Shown piece by piece: positions 10,555-24,448 of a stretch of DNA of 64,000 nucleotides. The translations under genes were made by a program, and so were the position numbers. Source of the stretch: Eledone cirrhosa (Eukaryota); the NCBI GenBank assembly GCA_964016885.1, contig OZ024742.1, positions 104,656,001 through 104,720,000 on the forward strand, written 5' to 3'. The notes below the pieces were generated by a model. That model saw only the letters and a list, made by a program, of their open reading frames with translations, was not told the DNA's origin and did not search any database. Positions within the stretch are counted from its first letter, which is position 1, and every line of letters starts with the position of its first letter.

Positions 10555-13371
10555 GGTATAGGATCAATAAGGAACTCACGAAAAATAATAGAATGTTACC
10601 ACACAACTACCTGTATTTTGATGATCAAATATACTACAAATGTTTTTGTCGCGTTGTTTGTACTTTTTCTTTGGGGTTTATTTTAATTTTTTTCCTGGAC
10701 TTTTAGCAAGGAGAGGGATCGTGTTTGTTTTTTATTTTATTCTTTTACATAGGTTTTTTTCTTTTTTTTTCTTTTTGTTTGTGGTTTTGTTATAATTTAT
10801 TTCTTTAAAACTTTACTGAGTTTCAGATTCGGTAAGAGACATAATTCACCCAGTTGAATTCACTTAAAGATGGACTGCCAGGCATTTCACATGTGGTGGT
10901 AACATTTGTTTTAGCCTCACACAATTCACCTACCAGCAATGCCAAGAGTGGCAGGTGCCTTTGCTTGGCTTTTAGCACCTTGCCATATTCCACTTTTACT
11001 CAAGTTTACTGACGTAATTAGATTTTTCTAGAAATTCAACCCACACTGATAGATACAAAATGCACAGAAGTATATGTATGTAAGAAAAGAAAAAAAAAAA
11101 AAACGATTGTAAATGATCATTTCTGCTTGTTCATGTTGTGTACAAAAGAAGCAAGAAAGAAAGAAAATATTGGATATTTGTTTTTTGTTTTAGAAATTGT
11201 CCGCATAAAAAACAGAGAACTAAGCACAGATGGAAATTACAGAACCAACAAACAAACAAACACCACTGTTGGTGAAGATCAAATACTACAGCTGGCACTT
11301 GTTAAATGGTGTTTTCAGGCAAAAACAAAAAGAATTCTTCAGTAAGTTGTTGCTGGAAGAGTTATTAGTCAATTGTTTAGAAACATATTCTGCTAAATGA
11401 GAAACACTTTCTGGGAATATTTCAACAGTAAGACTTTGAATAATTCGTAACTCATCCAGTTTCTGCTTCCATGAAGAATTTGGAATTTACTTTACTAGTA
11501 GCTTACATCCAGTGAAAAAGTAAATACATAAATAGGAAGAAAGTGGGGAAAAAATAAATAAACAGGTTGGGAAATAGAAAGATAATGTTTGAGAAAACTG
11601 ATGCTGTAGGGTTGTTGAATGAAAATTATGCGTCTGTAAAATTATCAGTAAGGTCTTCTATATATAAACATCATAACCAGTATAAGGGCTCACAACTGGT
11701 CCCGGAGGTATGATATTTCAATTATAATGGCTGCTATCAGAAAACCACAGCTACCAAGTAGGGCTGCTGCTTAGCTCTCTTCATGTTAGCATACTAAACA
11801 TACTTAGGGATTGAGCTTGGCAGGGGAAATGAGCCTGCTTGATAGAGAAGGGGCAGTAATGGTGGTGGTAGTAGTGGCAATAGTAGTAGCAGTAGCAGCA
11901 GTGGTGGGTGATGTTGGAGGTGATACTAACAGTGTGGGTAGGAGAGAGTTCCAAAGGGTCTGGTTTGGTAGACCTAGAATATGTATTAAGCCTCATAACA
12001 CAAAACTAAAACATGGATAGAAAATTTCCTCATATAGAACACACAAAAATAGATTGGAATTAACAGACATGGATTATAGATAGCATGGAGTGGATTAACC
12101 CATAGCTGTACAACATACAAATCCAAATGTTTTCAGGCATACATCCATATCAATGTGTATGTATACACTACATATCCATAACTGTAAGTGGTGAATTGGC
12201 AGAGTTGTTAGAATGTCAGATAGAATGATTTGTAGTATTTGTTTCTGCCATCTGAGTTCAAATCCTGTTGAGGTCAACTTTGTTTTTCATCTTTTCAAGG
12301 TTGATAAAAAAAATACCAGTCCAGTCCAGTTCTGGAGTCGATTTGTGCTTTATATCTCTTTCTCACTTCCTTTCTCTCCTTCTCTGGAAGAAATGGGGTG
12401 TGTCCCTATAGGATCAAACTAGGCTTGGCCTGGCCAAAGTGAGATTGGCAGACAGAAACACATGGAGTGGGATGCTAAGGAGCGCTGCCAGGCAGGACCC
12501 ACCCCTATTTAGGGATTAATTGCATCCTGCATAATCAAAAACTGGATGATGATGATGATAATCAGACCTGCTAGGTTTAAAATACCCAAGACAGGCTATA
12601 TGTCATAATGACACCCATACAACTACATCCGGATTTACGAGTCCATACATACATATCTAGTTGTTTACACCCATGTTAGGCCTTAACTAACAGATCTGTG
12701 ACCAAATGTGACCTAGTAGATCTAAAGAAAGACTTGTTAGTCATGACCATTAGTTAGGTTCCAGTCATGACCCTTAGTTAGGTTCCAGTCATGACCATTC
12801 AGTTTATCATTTCAGACATTATATCTAGAACAGCATTATTCAGTATGACCATTGATTTGTTCAGATAGTAGGATGTGATTTATCCAACCCATGCAAGCAT
12901 GGAAAAGCAGATGTAAAATGATGATGATGATGATGATGATGTATGTATGTATATATGTATGTGTGTGTGTATATATAAATATATATATAAATGATAACTG
13001 CCACTTCTTTACAGAAGATGGTGATCTCTTCAACAAATTCCCTGCTATTATGAACCACTGCCAACCACAGGCTGCTGGCCCATTTGATGACCTGCTCAGA
13101 TTCCGCTGAGGCATGTTGGTGTTCAGGTTAACAGTGCAGTGATGGTAGGATAAGACTCGAGCCGCCCACGTGTAGATTTGTGACCATGTCCTTCGGACCA
13201 GTCAACTCTGCATATGTTGCCACTCCTCCGTGTGAAAAAATATCTGTGCATATATATCACAAAATCTTAGTTATTGACATATAATTCTAGTTATCAAATA
13301 CACACAATCATGATTCACAGGTATTCTGGATGAAGCTTGTTTGGTATTTATTATTATTTTTAAACCTTACG

Positions 13372-13495
13372 CCCCTTTCCATTCTGAGTTCAAATCCTGC
13401 CGAGGTTAACTTTGCCTTTCATCCTTAGGGGTTCGATAAAATAAAGTACCAGTAATGCACTGGGTAATTGCTGGCTTTGTGCCAAAAGTAGGAAC
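13372..13495 (+). mobile_element. SINE family B, 5'-truncated
   Basis: B box, core and CTTTGTGCCAAAAGTAG tail. Further B copies at ~18775-18905, 25603-25786, 52130-52262 (-), 62612-62775. Confidence 0.85.
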
Positions 13496-14499
13496 ATATA
13501 TTATTTTTAAACCTTATTATTATTGGTTTGATCTGAAAGCAGAGGCTGCATCCATGCCTTATGTGAACCCTTTGAGACTGGTGAGATTGATGCAGTTGAT
13601 AAACAGCTGCAAGTTGACAGCTGCAGCAAGACATGACTTACTAAACCCAACACAAATCTCAGTCAACCATGACAATAAAAATGCATTGAAGGATTTTGTA
13701 TAAAAAGCATTGCACATAACACTGACAAGTTCTTTGATGTCTTTGTATTTTACAAACAGAGTCTATCTTATTCCCGTACATTCATACTGGGTGTACCATA
13801 TATAATCATGACTATTAATTACACTAACATAAACACAAACAAACCAACTCCAAACTAATGTTAACCATGAGCTCAAGCAAATATTGTCAATATACCTAAA
13901 CCCAACATAGATGCATGCTACAATAGATATAAAGTAAAACTCATCACACCTTTCAGAACTATCTCCCAAACACTCCCATTATATCTACTTCAAACCAACA
14001 TCAGTTACTGTTATGGTAGCGATGGATGTCATCAGGCTGTAGCCGTAATATTACATGGTTTCTACATAACACTGTTGTGACTACCAGCCCTTTACATAAT
14101 TACTATTGCACCTACACAGAATCAGAATATTCAGCAAAAAATAAACTCCAACCATATAAACCATCAACAAATAAGAACTGAATATAAATTATATTATGCT
14201 CAGTCGACACTTGTAACACCACCATACATAAATTTACAGGCTTGAATTCAAAGTTTTCTCGATTTTGAAGTATTCTTTGTATCCTCAGAGCTAAGGTAAA
14301 TTATAGGATGATGATAAAAAGAAGGATTAGTCTGATGTAGATTTTTCCCTGTATTTCTGTTTTATATATAAGCTCCCAGGACAGGCATTTATTCTCCATT
14401 GGACATCAAGTTTGGTCTCTGCAATTACATTCCTAAGATGCTTGAAATGTGTTGTTAGTTTGTGTGGTATGCTTTTCTCAACACCTGTATATGTTCAAT

Positions 14500-14734
14500 A
14501 ACAAACGATTGCAGAATTCAACATCACTGTCAACTGAAAGACAGCAGGATATCAAACTCTACCATCAAATGGAGTATTGTGGCAAAGGTGAAAGGCTACA
14601 ATGGACATGGCATAAGATGCTACTTATGTACTACCGAAAAACTAAATATCCTAGCCTCATCAACTAACATCTTGAATTCTCAGGCGGAAACATTGTCCTT
14701 CTGTTTGCACACAAAAAGGCTTTGCTTCAGTTGA
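14500..14734 (+). pseudogene. Penelope-like GIY-YIG C-terminal remnant
   Basis: IKWSIVAKVKGY...CYLCTTEKLNI...ILNSQAETLSFCLH fits the W..CxLCxxEK..LN..E..CxH end seen in some PLE endonucleases (recognised from memory). Confidence 0.6.
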
Positions 14735-15971
14735 TTCAAATAACCATCAACAAATAACCCACTATCCAACGAATTACCCCCCAGATAACGATGCATACCA
14801 GATTGTGTAAATGTTGGAAGGCACTCCCCACTCCACCCCACCACATCTAGACTCTATATCTCTACTCCCTAAGCCTCACTAACTGTGGGTAAACCAGCAT
14901 TTAAAACAATCTGTTTCATATATTTCACCACTCTTATGCATTATATATCATATGCCATACAATATATTCTATATTCCATGACCTCCACCATCCATAAATG
15001 CTTCTAATTCTTAAATTTTAGTTTACTTCATAGTATATTTATCATTATCATCATCACCTTGTTACGTCCATTCTTCCACACTAGCATGGGTTAGATGGGT
15101 TGTCCTGTTGTGGGCAATGCCATGTCGGGTGACCATGTCTGGCTCATACTTCATAGTATATTATTATTATAAATTTTTAACTTTTAATATTTTACTTTTC
15201 AATTTTTTTATTTTTTTTATTTGAAAAAATATTTAATTTTTTAAATTTTAATTTCTTATTTTCTATTTTGTCATTCTGTCATTTTGTTATTTCTCTTCAT
15301 CTTTTCAACTTTTCAACTTTTCATTTTTCCATTTCCCCTTTACCATTTTTTTATTTTTTCCTTACTTCCTTTATTCCTCGTACCTTATATCTTATAATAT
15401 AAGATATAAGGTAACACATATAAGTTATATGTGTTTAACAGCCACACCACCCCCACTGTTATCATCATCATATTAAATATTAAAATATTTATATATTTCC
15501 ATAACCTTCATTGTAGTTATATTCATATATCTTATATATTTCACATATTTACTTACCACCAATACCACCCCACCACCTCTCACTCATTCACACATCATAG
15601 CTTCTATAATTATATATTCCCATAATCTTCACTGTACTTAATTCTTTAAATTTTTAAGTATATCACTTTATATTCTTTACTCACTCCCACCACACAAACA
15701 CTACCACCATCACTACCACTATCCCACACCACCTCCTCACTACAATACCTATACACCCACCCATCGTATATATGTATGCATGCATTGTAAGTATATATGA
15801 ATGTCTGTGTGCAGGCATGTATCTATTTATATCTTTGCGCATATTTTATATGTATATATGTACGTATGTTTGTGTGTGAATATGAGCATTCATATGTACA
15901 TGTGCATATATATATATGTATACATTTATATATGTTTAGGTTTACTTGCATGTATATGTATCTTGTACACC

Positions 15972-16012
<41 letters not shown>

Positions 16013-16223
16013 TTATAATTTCTTATAATTTTTTATATTTTTTAATAACTTTTAAATATATTTTATGTATTTCCTTGTATGTCTTTTATATGTATAGGTG
16101 TGTTTGTGCCCACTGCCACCACCACCCTGTACACACTATCTTAATTACCCTTCTCAATTAAATTCACCTGACCCACCTGGAGTCTTCTTTTATTTATAGT
16201 GTGTCTGCTATTGAAATGGTAGT

Positions 16224-16273
16224 TCTTGTCTGATGACCCTGTGATAAACAGGTGAAAATCCAGGGTAACAAGA
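16224..16273 (+). ncRNA. type-I hammerhead ribozyme-like motif (degenerate)
   Basis: TCTTGT-CTGATGA-cCCTGT gataa ACAGGt-GAAA atccaggg TA-ACAAGA; 6-bp stem I, imperfect stems II/III; AATAAA ~16 nt downstream. Confidence 0.7.
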
Positions 16274-16347
16274 CTTACTATTTAGCCATAATAAAATGAA
16301 TATTAAACCTCTACTTCAGCATTGAGTACTCTTTTCTCTCAGCCGTC

Positions 16348-16419
<72 letters not shown>

Positions 16420-17079
16420 CATGTCTATATATATGTATATATACATATATATGTATATATACAAGTATATGCATATATATACATATATATCTATGTATAT
16501 ACGTATTTATATATGTGTATATATATGTAAACACATATATTTATAAATATACATATTTATAGAATTATACACACATGTTGGCATAACTTTAACATTTTAT
16601 TTTAATTTCAGCTAAGCAACTTTGAACAGAGACAAGCGTTGTGGATAAGAGTATTTATATCATTATACCTACATCTTGATTTATGTAGTGTTTATGTACA
16701 TAGTCTCCCAAGGAAGCTATAAAGATAAGTATGTTTGGTGAGCTACCCATGCTAAATCTACTTATGACTGTATAGGACATGATGTTAACAGGATATAAAT
16801 TTATAACTGAAGTTTCAGTTAGGAGATACCGACATGTTATGTGTTTTTGTGATGAATGGTTATGCAGCTACCACTTTATCCAGGTGTTTTTCAGATGCTA
16901 TTTCAATATAGAGAACTTCTTTAAAAATTAAACAAAACAAACTGTAATGTTCTCAGTTATGACACTTTGCCTTATAAATGAGCTTATCATATGTTGCATA
17001 TTTCTGGTGAATCATATATCATTAAGATATTATATTTTTCAGATGTGCAGAGTTGACAACACTCAGCGTGGGTCAGATT

Positions 17080-18049
17080 ATGCAAGACATGGTGCACACT
17101 GAGTATAAATGGTGCTAAATTGAAACCATTCAATGAGTTGGACTTCACTAAGGGTGCATACTGTCACCTCTCCAATTCATTATTTACATGAACAGAATTG
17201 ATTTGAGCAGCTGGGTTGGAAGTGGTATCATGGCTGGCAGGTGTAAAATTGGTCAGCTGGAATTTGCAGACGACATGATGTTACTTAACTCGACAGAAGG
17301 TGATTTTCGACTTGCACTTGATAGGTTTGATATCGAATGCAGTATGGTTGGGATGAAAATCAGTGCTGTGAAATCTGAGACACATGTCCTCTCAAGAAAG
17401 CTTGCGCAGTGCACACTAGATATGAATAGAGTTCCACTGAAGCAGGTAGATAAGTTCAAGTATCTCGGGGCTGTGTTCATGAGTGATAGAAGGCAGAAGG
17501 CTGAATTAAATGCAAGAATTGCAGGAGCTTGTGCATTACTACACCAGCTTCAGCATTCGGTAATCAGGAGATGGGAGGTAGGTGTAAAAGCCAAACTTGC
17601 TATCTTCAATTCGGTATTCATATCCACTCTTACCTATGGTCATGAATCCTGAGTAATGACTGAAAGAATACAATTGTGAATACAAGCGGTAAAAATGGGG
17701 TTCCTCCAAAGGGTCTTTGGAGTAATGATGGAGTGTATTGATAGGAGATCAGAGAGTCACCCCAGTTAGAGCCGCTACTTCTCCGAATTAAGAGATCACA
17801 GCTCTGATAATGTGGGCATGTTGTTAGAATATCACAGGAAAGAATCACTGGACAAATCTAGCCAGCAGGAACCCAGGGGTAAACCCCAAGTAATATGGTG
17901 GATAACATCCATGAGCTTGGCTGGTCTCGCTTGGGGATCCAGCCAAATCAGCTGGAGATGGTTGCTTCAGACAGGACAGGACCCACTGGAAGGAATGTTT
18001 GAGGACTCTGCCTCACGACCCTCTCAGGAATAAGTGGGTGAAGAAGAAG
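17080..18049 (+). mobile_element. old RTE LINE (Rex3/Expander-like), 3' part
   Basis: ORF 17188..17652 with FADD, KFKYLG, TLTYGHES; (GAA)n tail; no PHD insert. Related tail at ~51735-51893. Confidence 0.85.
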
Positions 18050-18114
18050 TGTTCCTCCACATTAACACATTCTAACAAGATATGAATTCAAGAAAATAGC
18101 ATAAGGAACATCCG

Positions 18115-18282
18115 GCAAATAAAAGTAGAACTAGGAAGAGAAAAATAAATTGGTTTAAACCCCCAACAACATTGCTAGGAACTTCCTCCCTTTATATAAA
18201 CTGTTTTCAACTTCAAACAAACACCAAAAACTCTTTAACACCAATAACATGAAAATAGGCCATTGTTATTTGAATAACATTA
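18115..18282 (+). pseudogene. Penelope-like RT thumb/linker remnant
   Basis: Frameshifted RTRKRKINWFKPP...NIARNFL...KLFNTNNMKIGHC resembles the RKRKIIWFNPP...KIFNRNTVKVSYSC PLE motif (from memory). Confidence 0.55.
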
Positions 18283-18493
18283 CTTCACAGATCTCACACC
18301 ACAATTTACAATATATATATAGCTGATTACCATCTCATCATTTTCTCTTCTCTCTCTCTTTCTTATACATACATACATGCATACATACATGCATACATAC
18401 TTACATACATACATACATACAAATAAACATATATACATACTCTCTCTCTCATTTATATATATAAATATATATATATATACACATATATACATA

Positions 18494-18614
<121 letters not shown>

Positions 18615-19307
18615 CATACACACACGCACATTTGTCTAAAACTTATACTATATTACATGACTATCTTTCAACTATATAATATACAGTGAAGGAGTTTATC
18701 AGAAATGTGTGCTAAACTGACCTCATATTGGCCATTTATCAAACACCACAAACTATTGAAATTAGTCATTATTACGGCCCTTGCCATTCTGAGTTCAAAT
18801 CCCGCCGAGGTTAACTTTGCCTTTCATCCTTACGGGGTCGATGAATTAAAGTACCAGTAATACACTGGGTAATTGTTGGCCTTGTGCCAAACGTAGAAAC
18901 AATTATTATATTATATTTTTTGACAGTTAATAATATTGACAGTAATTTATTTTGTACCATAGTCCAATGTACTGTATTACCAATAATCTACTGTAGCAAT
19001 TGAATCTGTAGAATTATAGGGAAAAATAAGAATAAAAGAAAAATGTAGTCACCACAATGAATATAACTGTTTCTGCTCACTTTATTCCACCTTCAGAGGT
19101 ACTTTACCTGATTTATTCAACTATTATTTACAGTTATCAACTATTATTATAGTTATATGCATTGTGGCGACTATATTTTCAAATTTCAAATTTCCCAGCA
19201 CTTTGTAAGTCAATCAGACTTGTTGAAAAATATAAGCAATGCTTTTTAAAATCATCATCCATTTTGAGATGAACAAAACTAAATGACTTGGCAAAAATTT
19301 TACCTAC

Positions 19308-19345
19308 CTCTGTTTCACATTTTCTGTGACAAATAATGTGACAAT
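19308..19345 (-). CDS. 38-nt coding exon of host gene, second half of C1 domain: (D)CHIICHRKCETE; tensin-like
   Basis: Acceptor TTTTTTTTCCTCCAG, donor GTAGGT, phase 1 to 0; in frame with exon 23579-23696. Confidence 0.88.
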
Positions 19346-19619
19346 CTGGAGGAAAAAAAATGAAACAATGTATGAGATAGGATCAACATAATCATTCAAT
19401 AAAAATTATATAAAATATCTGATTTGAATAGATTTATTTTAAAGTGTATATCATCAGTGTTGTTCTTACATTGACTTTTTATGCTGGCATGAGTTGGATG
19501 GGAATTTTTGGATGCTCTTTGTGACACCAACCATTTTTGTGCTTCACACAGGGAATACAGTGAATCAATTCTAAAGTGGATAGCCTTCCATCATGATTTT
19601 ATGCAAGAACCTTTGTTAA

Positions 19620-19790
19620 CTTATTAGCATTTACATTAATTTATATATACTATTGTATTTTTGTTGTAAATGTTTTATCTCACATAATATCAAATCTATG
19701 AGATTTTTATATTATTTATTTTGAGAACAATAACTTAACATCAGTATGAGTGGCCAGTCACCAGATACAGCCAGTTTAAATGCTAAAGGG
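19620..19790. mobile_element. piggyBac-type MITE (decayed)
   Basis: TTAA at both ends, right end AATGCTAAAGGG; homologous to 25196-25377. Confidence 0.75.
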
Positions 19791-20615
19791 TTAATTGTGT
19801 TTCAAACACCAGATAAATGATGGAAAAGTTAGTTATTAGTTATATTACTAAATCCTATGAAATTCTTGATTATTTTGAAAATGATTTGAAACATATAGGA
19901 AGTGTATTTCATTAGAATTATGGTAATGAAAAGGTTAATATTTCTCTAAAGCATTAGATACCTTATAATAATAATACATATCTAAAATTGAAATAGAAAT
20001 AGAAGGCTCTGCTGTAATAATTGACTAAATAAAATAGTCTTTAATAATGGAGTATATAAACCCAATGAACGAAAAAAGATGTGTATCAGCTCTCAAGTTT
20101 GCTGATACTCATCTTTTTCCATTCAGTGGGTTTAAACATCCTGTTATTAGACAATTTTATTTAGACAAATCTTATAGCAAAGTCTTTGATTTCTATTTCT
20201 ATTTTCAAACTTTGTTCGCCTCTTTCTAAACATACTTCCTTTGAATACATATTTAGTTTTACTTTAAAATTAATTTAGGTGTTGTAAATGCAAAATTTAA
20301 TATGTGGATTGGACCACAAAATGATCACAATTACATTCAGCTTCAGTGTAGTCAGTAAAGGACCTCTTCAGTCATGACAGGCCATGGGATTTAGACCCAA
20401 GACTGACTGATAAAAGGTTTGCGTCAACCAAGCTATAAAATGGTAGTGCAAGTATCACAATTAAAAGTACCCAGTCCACCCTGTAATGTTGGTTCACACT
20501 GCAAAGTAGTAGTGCTGGTGCCATGATAAAAATGCTCCCAGTACACACTGTAATGTGGTTGGCATTAGGAAGGGAATCCAGCTGTAGAAACCATGCTAAA
20601 AAACAATGTATGAGC

Positions 20616-20713
20616 AGAACATGGTTATCTGATCTGTCTAGAACATGGTTATCTGATCTGTCTAGAACATGGTTATCTGATCTGTCTAGAACATGGTTAT
20701 CTGATCTGTCTAG
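20616..20713. repeat. 24-bp tandem repeat x4
   Basis: AGAACATGGTTATCTGATCTGTCT repeated perfectly inside an old RTE-tail remnant. Confidence 0.92.
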
Positions 20714-21389
20714 TCATTGAATGTGACAACCCATCTAATGGAAAATGGACATAAAATGGTGATGATGATGATGACCATCTTTGTTTAATGTCTGTTTTTC
20801 TATATTAGCAAGCATTGGATGTGTTTTCACAGACCAGTCAATACACTAGTGAAGTCACTGATCTCCAGGTAAGATGGGGGCCCGACATACAATCCTGCTC
20901 TCTACTGAGTACATTTTATTGTGGCACCAACATTATAGAAAATATGATGTCCTTGACACAGCTCAAAAGTCCTCTTGACTCTTTGTTTGGCAGGTTTTCT
21001 ACAGCTGGATGCCCTTCAAATCACCAACCACTTTACAGAGTGTAATGGATGTATTTATCATGTAAATCAAGCAACACTAGTGAGGTTGTTATGTCGATGG
21101 CACAACTGAAGAGTCCTCCTGACCCCTTGTTTGGCAAGTTTCCTCTCGCTGGATGGCCTTCCTACCACCAATCGCTTTATAGTGGGAAATTTGATTATGT
21201 TTTCATTGCTTTGATTTTCCTGCCAGGGTGGCAGATCAATGAAGAAATAGTTTCGATGATTAAAAAAAGGCTTCATTAATAAACTACATGATAATTACAT
21301 GTCTGGCAATAATACCGAAGAAATGGAAAAGAGAAGTACTAAATATGTATAATAAAATAACTTTCATCATCATCATCATCATCAATGTT

Positions 21390-21428
21390 AAATGATGATT
21401 ATGATTATGATGATGATGATTATTATGG

Positions 21429-21460
<32 letters not shown>

Positions 21461-21556
21461 GTGATGATGATGATGATGATTATGATGATTATGATGATGA
21501 TGATTAAGATGATGATTATGATGATGATTATGATGATTATGATTATGATGATGATA
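21390..21556. repeat. (GAT/TAT)n microsatellite
   Basis: Direct reading. Confidence 0.95.
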
Positions 21557-21748
21557 TTTACTCTATTACTCATATTGAGTACTTCTTAGTTCATACTTGC
21601 AAACGTGTGTGTGGGTATGTTTGTGTGTGTGTGTGGGGGGGGGGTATGTTTGCATGTGTGTGGGTGTGTTTGTGTGTGTGTAGGCGTGTTTCAAATGATC
21701 TGACATTTAAACAGTTTTCCTGTGTTTCTTTCTACCCCTTTTGTTCCA

Positions 21749-21790
<42 letters not shown>

Positions 21791-22430
21791 CCTCACATAA
21801 GCTCACTCAAACATACACAAACACACATACAAATACATATACATACACATACTCATACACTCACACACATGCATAGTCATACGCCCACACACATGCATAC
21901 TCACACGCCCATAAACTCAATACACACACACACACACACACAAACACATATTCACCCACACCACATACTCATATTTACCCGAAAGGTGAGGTATCTGCTT
22001 GAAAATAGGGTCAGGAACCACTAATCCCACCATCCCTATTCATATTTTTTACCTGCCCACGGTGATTAATTTTTGATATTAACCTTTCTATCTGAACTGG
22101 TGCAGGTGAGGCTGGGTAGTTAAGGGAGAGCCACCCACCCCTTTTCCTTATTTCCCCTTTTTATTCCCTTCTCAGAATTTTCAAGAGATAACAGTATATA
22201 AACCTCCTGTTGAGTGGAGTGTCTGGAAGGATTCATTTTTCATTATCAGACAGGTTCAAAAGTTCACCACACTGAAAATGAAATCCTCTCACAAATATCA
22301 GAGATACATTTTATTTGTTTTACTTAACTTGTTACTTATTGATAACCAAATTTTCAGAGAGAACAAGCCTATTACTTAAGAAAAACATTTTAATACCATA
22401 CAACTTCATAGGTAAATCCTTCCATGAAGT

Positions 22431-22573
22431 CAGTGCTGGATTTACCATTGTGCACAGGGCCCATTGGCCAAGGGGGCCCATCTTCCTGCCCCCAAATATT
22501 TTACCTCCTTCAGTGCCCAAGTAAGGGGCCTCATAACTAGCACAGGGCCTCATTTGTCCTAACTCCAGCACTG
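22431..22573. mobile_element. hAT-superfamily MITE with 8-bp TSD
   Basis: TIRs CAGTGCTGGA / TCCAGCACTG; TSD CATGAAGT at 22423-22430 and 22574-22581; internal GGGCCC sub-repeats. Confidence 0.9.
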
Positions 22574-23578
22574 CATGAAGTCATGCTTTTATACATAGAT
22601 GATATCTTTTCTAGGAATTTACACATCAAAGTATTTGGCAGCCTCCAATAAGGAAAGGAATTGGCAGAACTGTTAGAGCGCTGGGCAAGATGCTTTGCGG
22701 TATTTGATCTGGCTCTTTACATACTGAGTTCAAACCCATGTGAGGTCAACTTTGCCTTCTATCCTTTCATGGATGATAAAATAAATTGATGCCAATAGAT
22801 CAGTGGAATTGTTAGAGCACTGTACAAGATGCCTTCTAATATTTATTTTGATTCTTTGTGTTCTGAATTTAAATCCTGTTGGTAGACACCATCACCTTGC
22901 CTTTGGTGACTTTAATGTCGCAAGCATTTAAACCAGGTCCTTTCTCTCACCAAGTCACAGTCATCCTTCCTCAATACATGACCCAACCATCTTATTCTAT
23001 TTCTCTTCATGACATTCATCACTGACTCTATTCTAATAATCCTCTACAATTCATTGTTTGTCTTTCTATCCATCAGCTCATCTACTGGACCATTCTCATT
23101 TCCATGAATTACATGTCAAAAGAAGGACCTCATGATAAGTATATCATTTCTGCAGTACATATAGGAATTCTCAAGGCATTTTATGGATATACATATAAAT
23201 ATTCCAGTATAGAGGTGAGTGTCAATTGGCAAGTGTCATTAGAATGTTAGATAGAATGCTTTGCAGTAGTCATTCTGGCTTTCTGAGCTCTCTGAGTTCA
23301 AATCCCACTAAAGTCAATTTTGCCTTCCTTTTTTCAAGGTCGATAAAAAACAAGGTATCAGTCCAGTACTGGGGTTAATTCTTCTGCTACATATCTTTCT
23401 CACTACCTCTTTATCACATTCTCTCCTTCTCTGGAAGAAATAGGCTGTGTCAAGACCTGGAAAGGGATCAGCTCCACCAGGTATAAAGTACCCTAGACAT
23501 GACATATGTGGCTACTGTGGCCCTATGACTCCAGCATGAGTTACAGGTATCAATATTTGCAGTATCAATGTGACTTAC

Positions 23579-23696
23579 CTACGCAGGAACTACCTTGGTT
23601 CCAAATTATCTTTTTACACACAAGGCATTGGTGAGGTTGGACTACACGATGGGGCTGGAAATTATGTATGATACATGTCTCCTCTGAATCTTGAGG
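23579..23696 (-). CDS. 118-nt coding exon of host gene, first part of C1 domain: PQDSEETCIIHNFQPHRVVQPHQCLVCKKIIWNQGSSCV; tensin-like
   Basis: Acceptor GTTTCTCTGTCTACTTCAG, donor GTAAGT, phase 0 to 1; contains H-x12-C-x2-C-x10-C. Confidence 0.9.
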
Positions 23697-23852
23697 CTGA
23701 AGTAGACAGAGAAACAATATATGAACTTACATATAGTCATTTAAGATGTTAGGAGGTATTCACACAAATACACAGAGAAAAGAATTGCAGCTAAACAGAG
23801 GCATATACACATATGGAAAAACAATAAAATAGTCATATAAAAAAGCAGATTC

Positions 23853-24433
23853 GCATCATCAGTCTGGAACCCCTATCTTGCTCAGAACATTGACCTCCTG
23901 GAAACTGTTCAGAGACATGCAACCAAGCGAATACCCTCCATCAGACACCTACCATACTCTGAACGCCTTGCTTCCCTGGGCATGGATTCATTGAAACTCC
24001 GACGTCTGGCAATGGACTTGGTAAACACCCACAAAGTTATTAACCATCTCGCCAACAACAACCCTGAGCACCTTTTTGATCTCCATGTGTCTAACACACG
24101 TGGACATGCCTACAAAATCAGAAAACAGCACAGCTCCCATGACTTTCAGAAACATTTTTTCACGCTTAGAGTTGCTGAAGCATGGAACAAACTGCCTGCG
24201 TCAGTTGTTAGCTGCTGAGACACTGCATCCTTTAAAACCCTCATGCTTCCCGAAATTCGCCCAAACTACACCTGATGTACCCCTTCCATATACATGCACA
24301 CATGTGTATATCATGACTCATGCACTGTTCATTTTCCTGACGTTTATAGATTACCTTATGTACTATACATATACTTTTGATGAGTTGTAGTGCACCTGAG
24401 CACTGTACACAATATTTTCATTATTATTATTAT
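23853..24433 (+). mobile_element. CR1-clade LINE 3' end
   Basis: SSVWNPY...LETVQRHATK...YSERL...LRR...TRGH...FFTLRV..WNKLP; 3' UTR ends in (ATT)n. Confidence 0.88.
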
Positions 24434-24448
24434 ATATATACATACATA

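Noticed and set aside
10380-11345. CTGATGA/CTGAAGA matches on the minus strand (~10386, ~11337; also 37778, 50208, 54214)
   Set aside because: No correctly placed GAAA with pairing stems.
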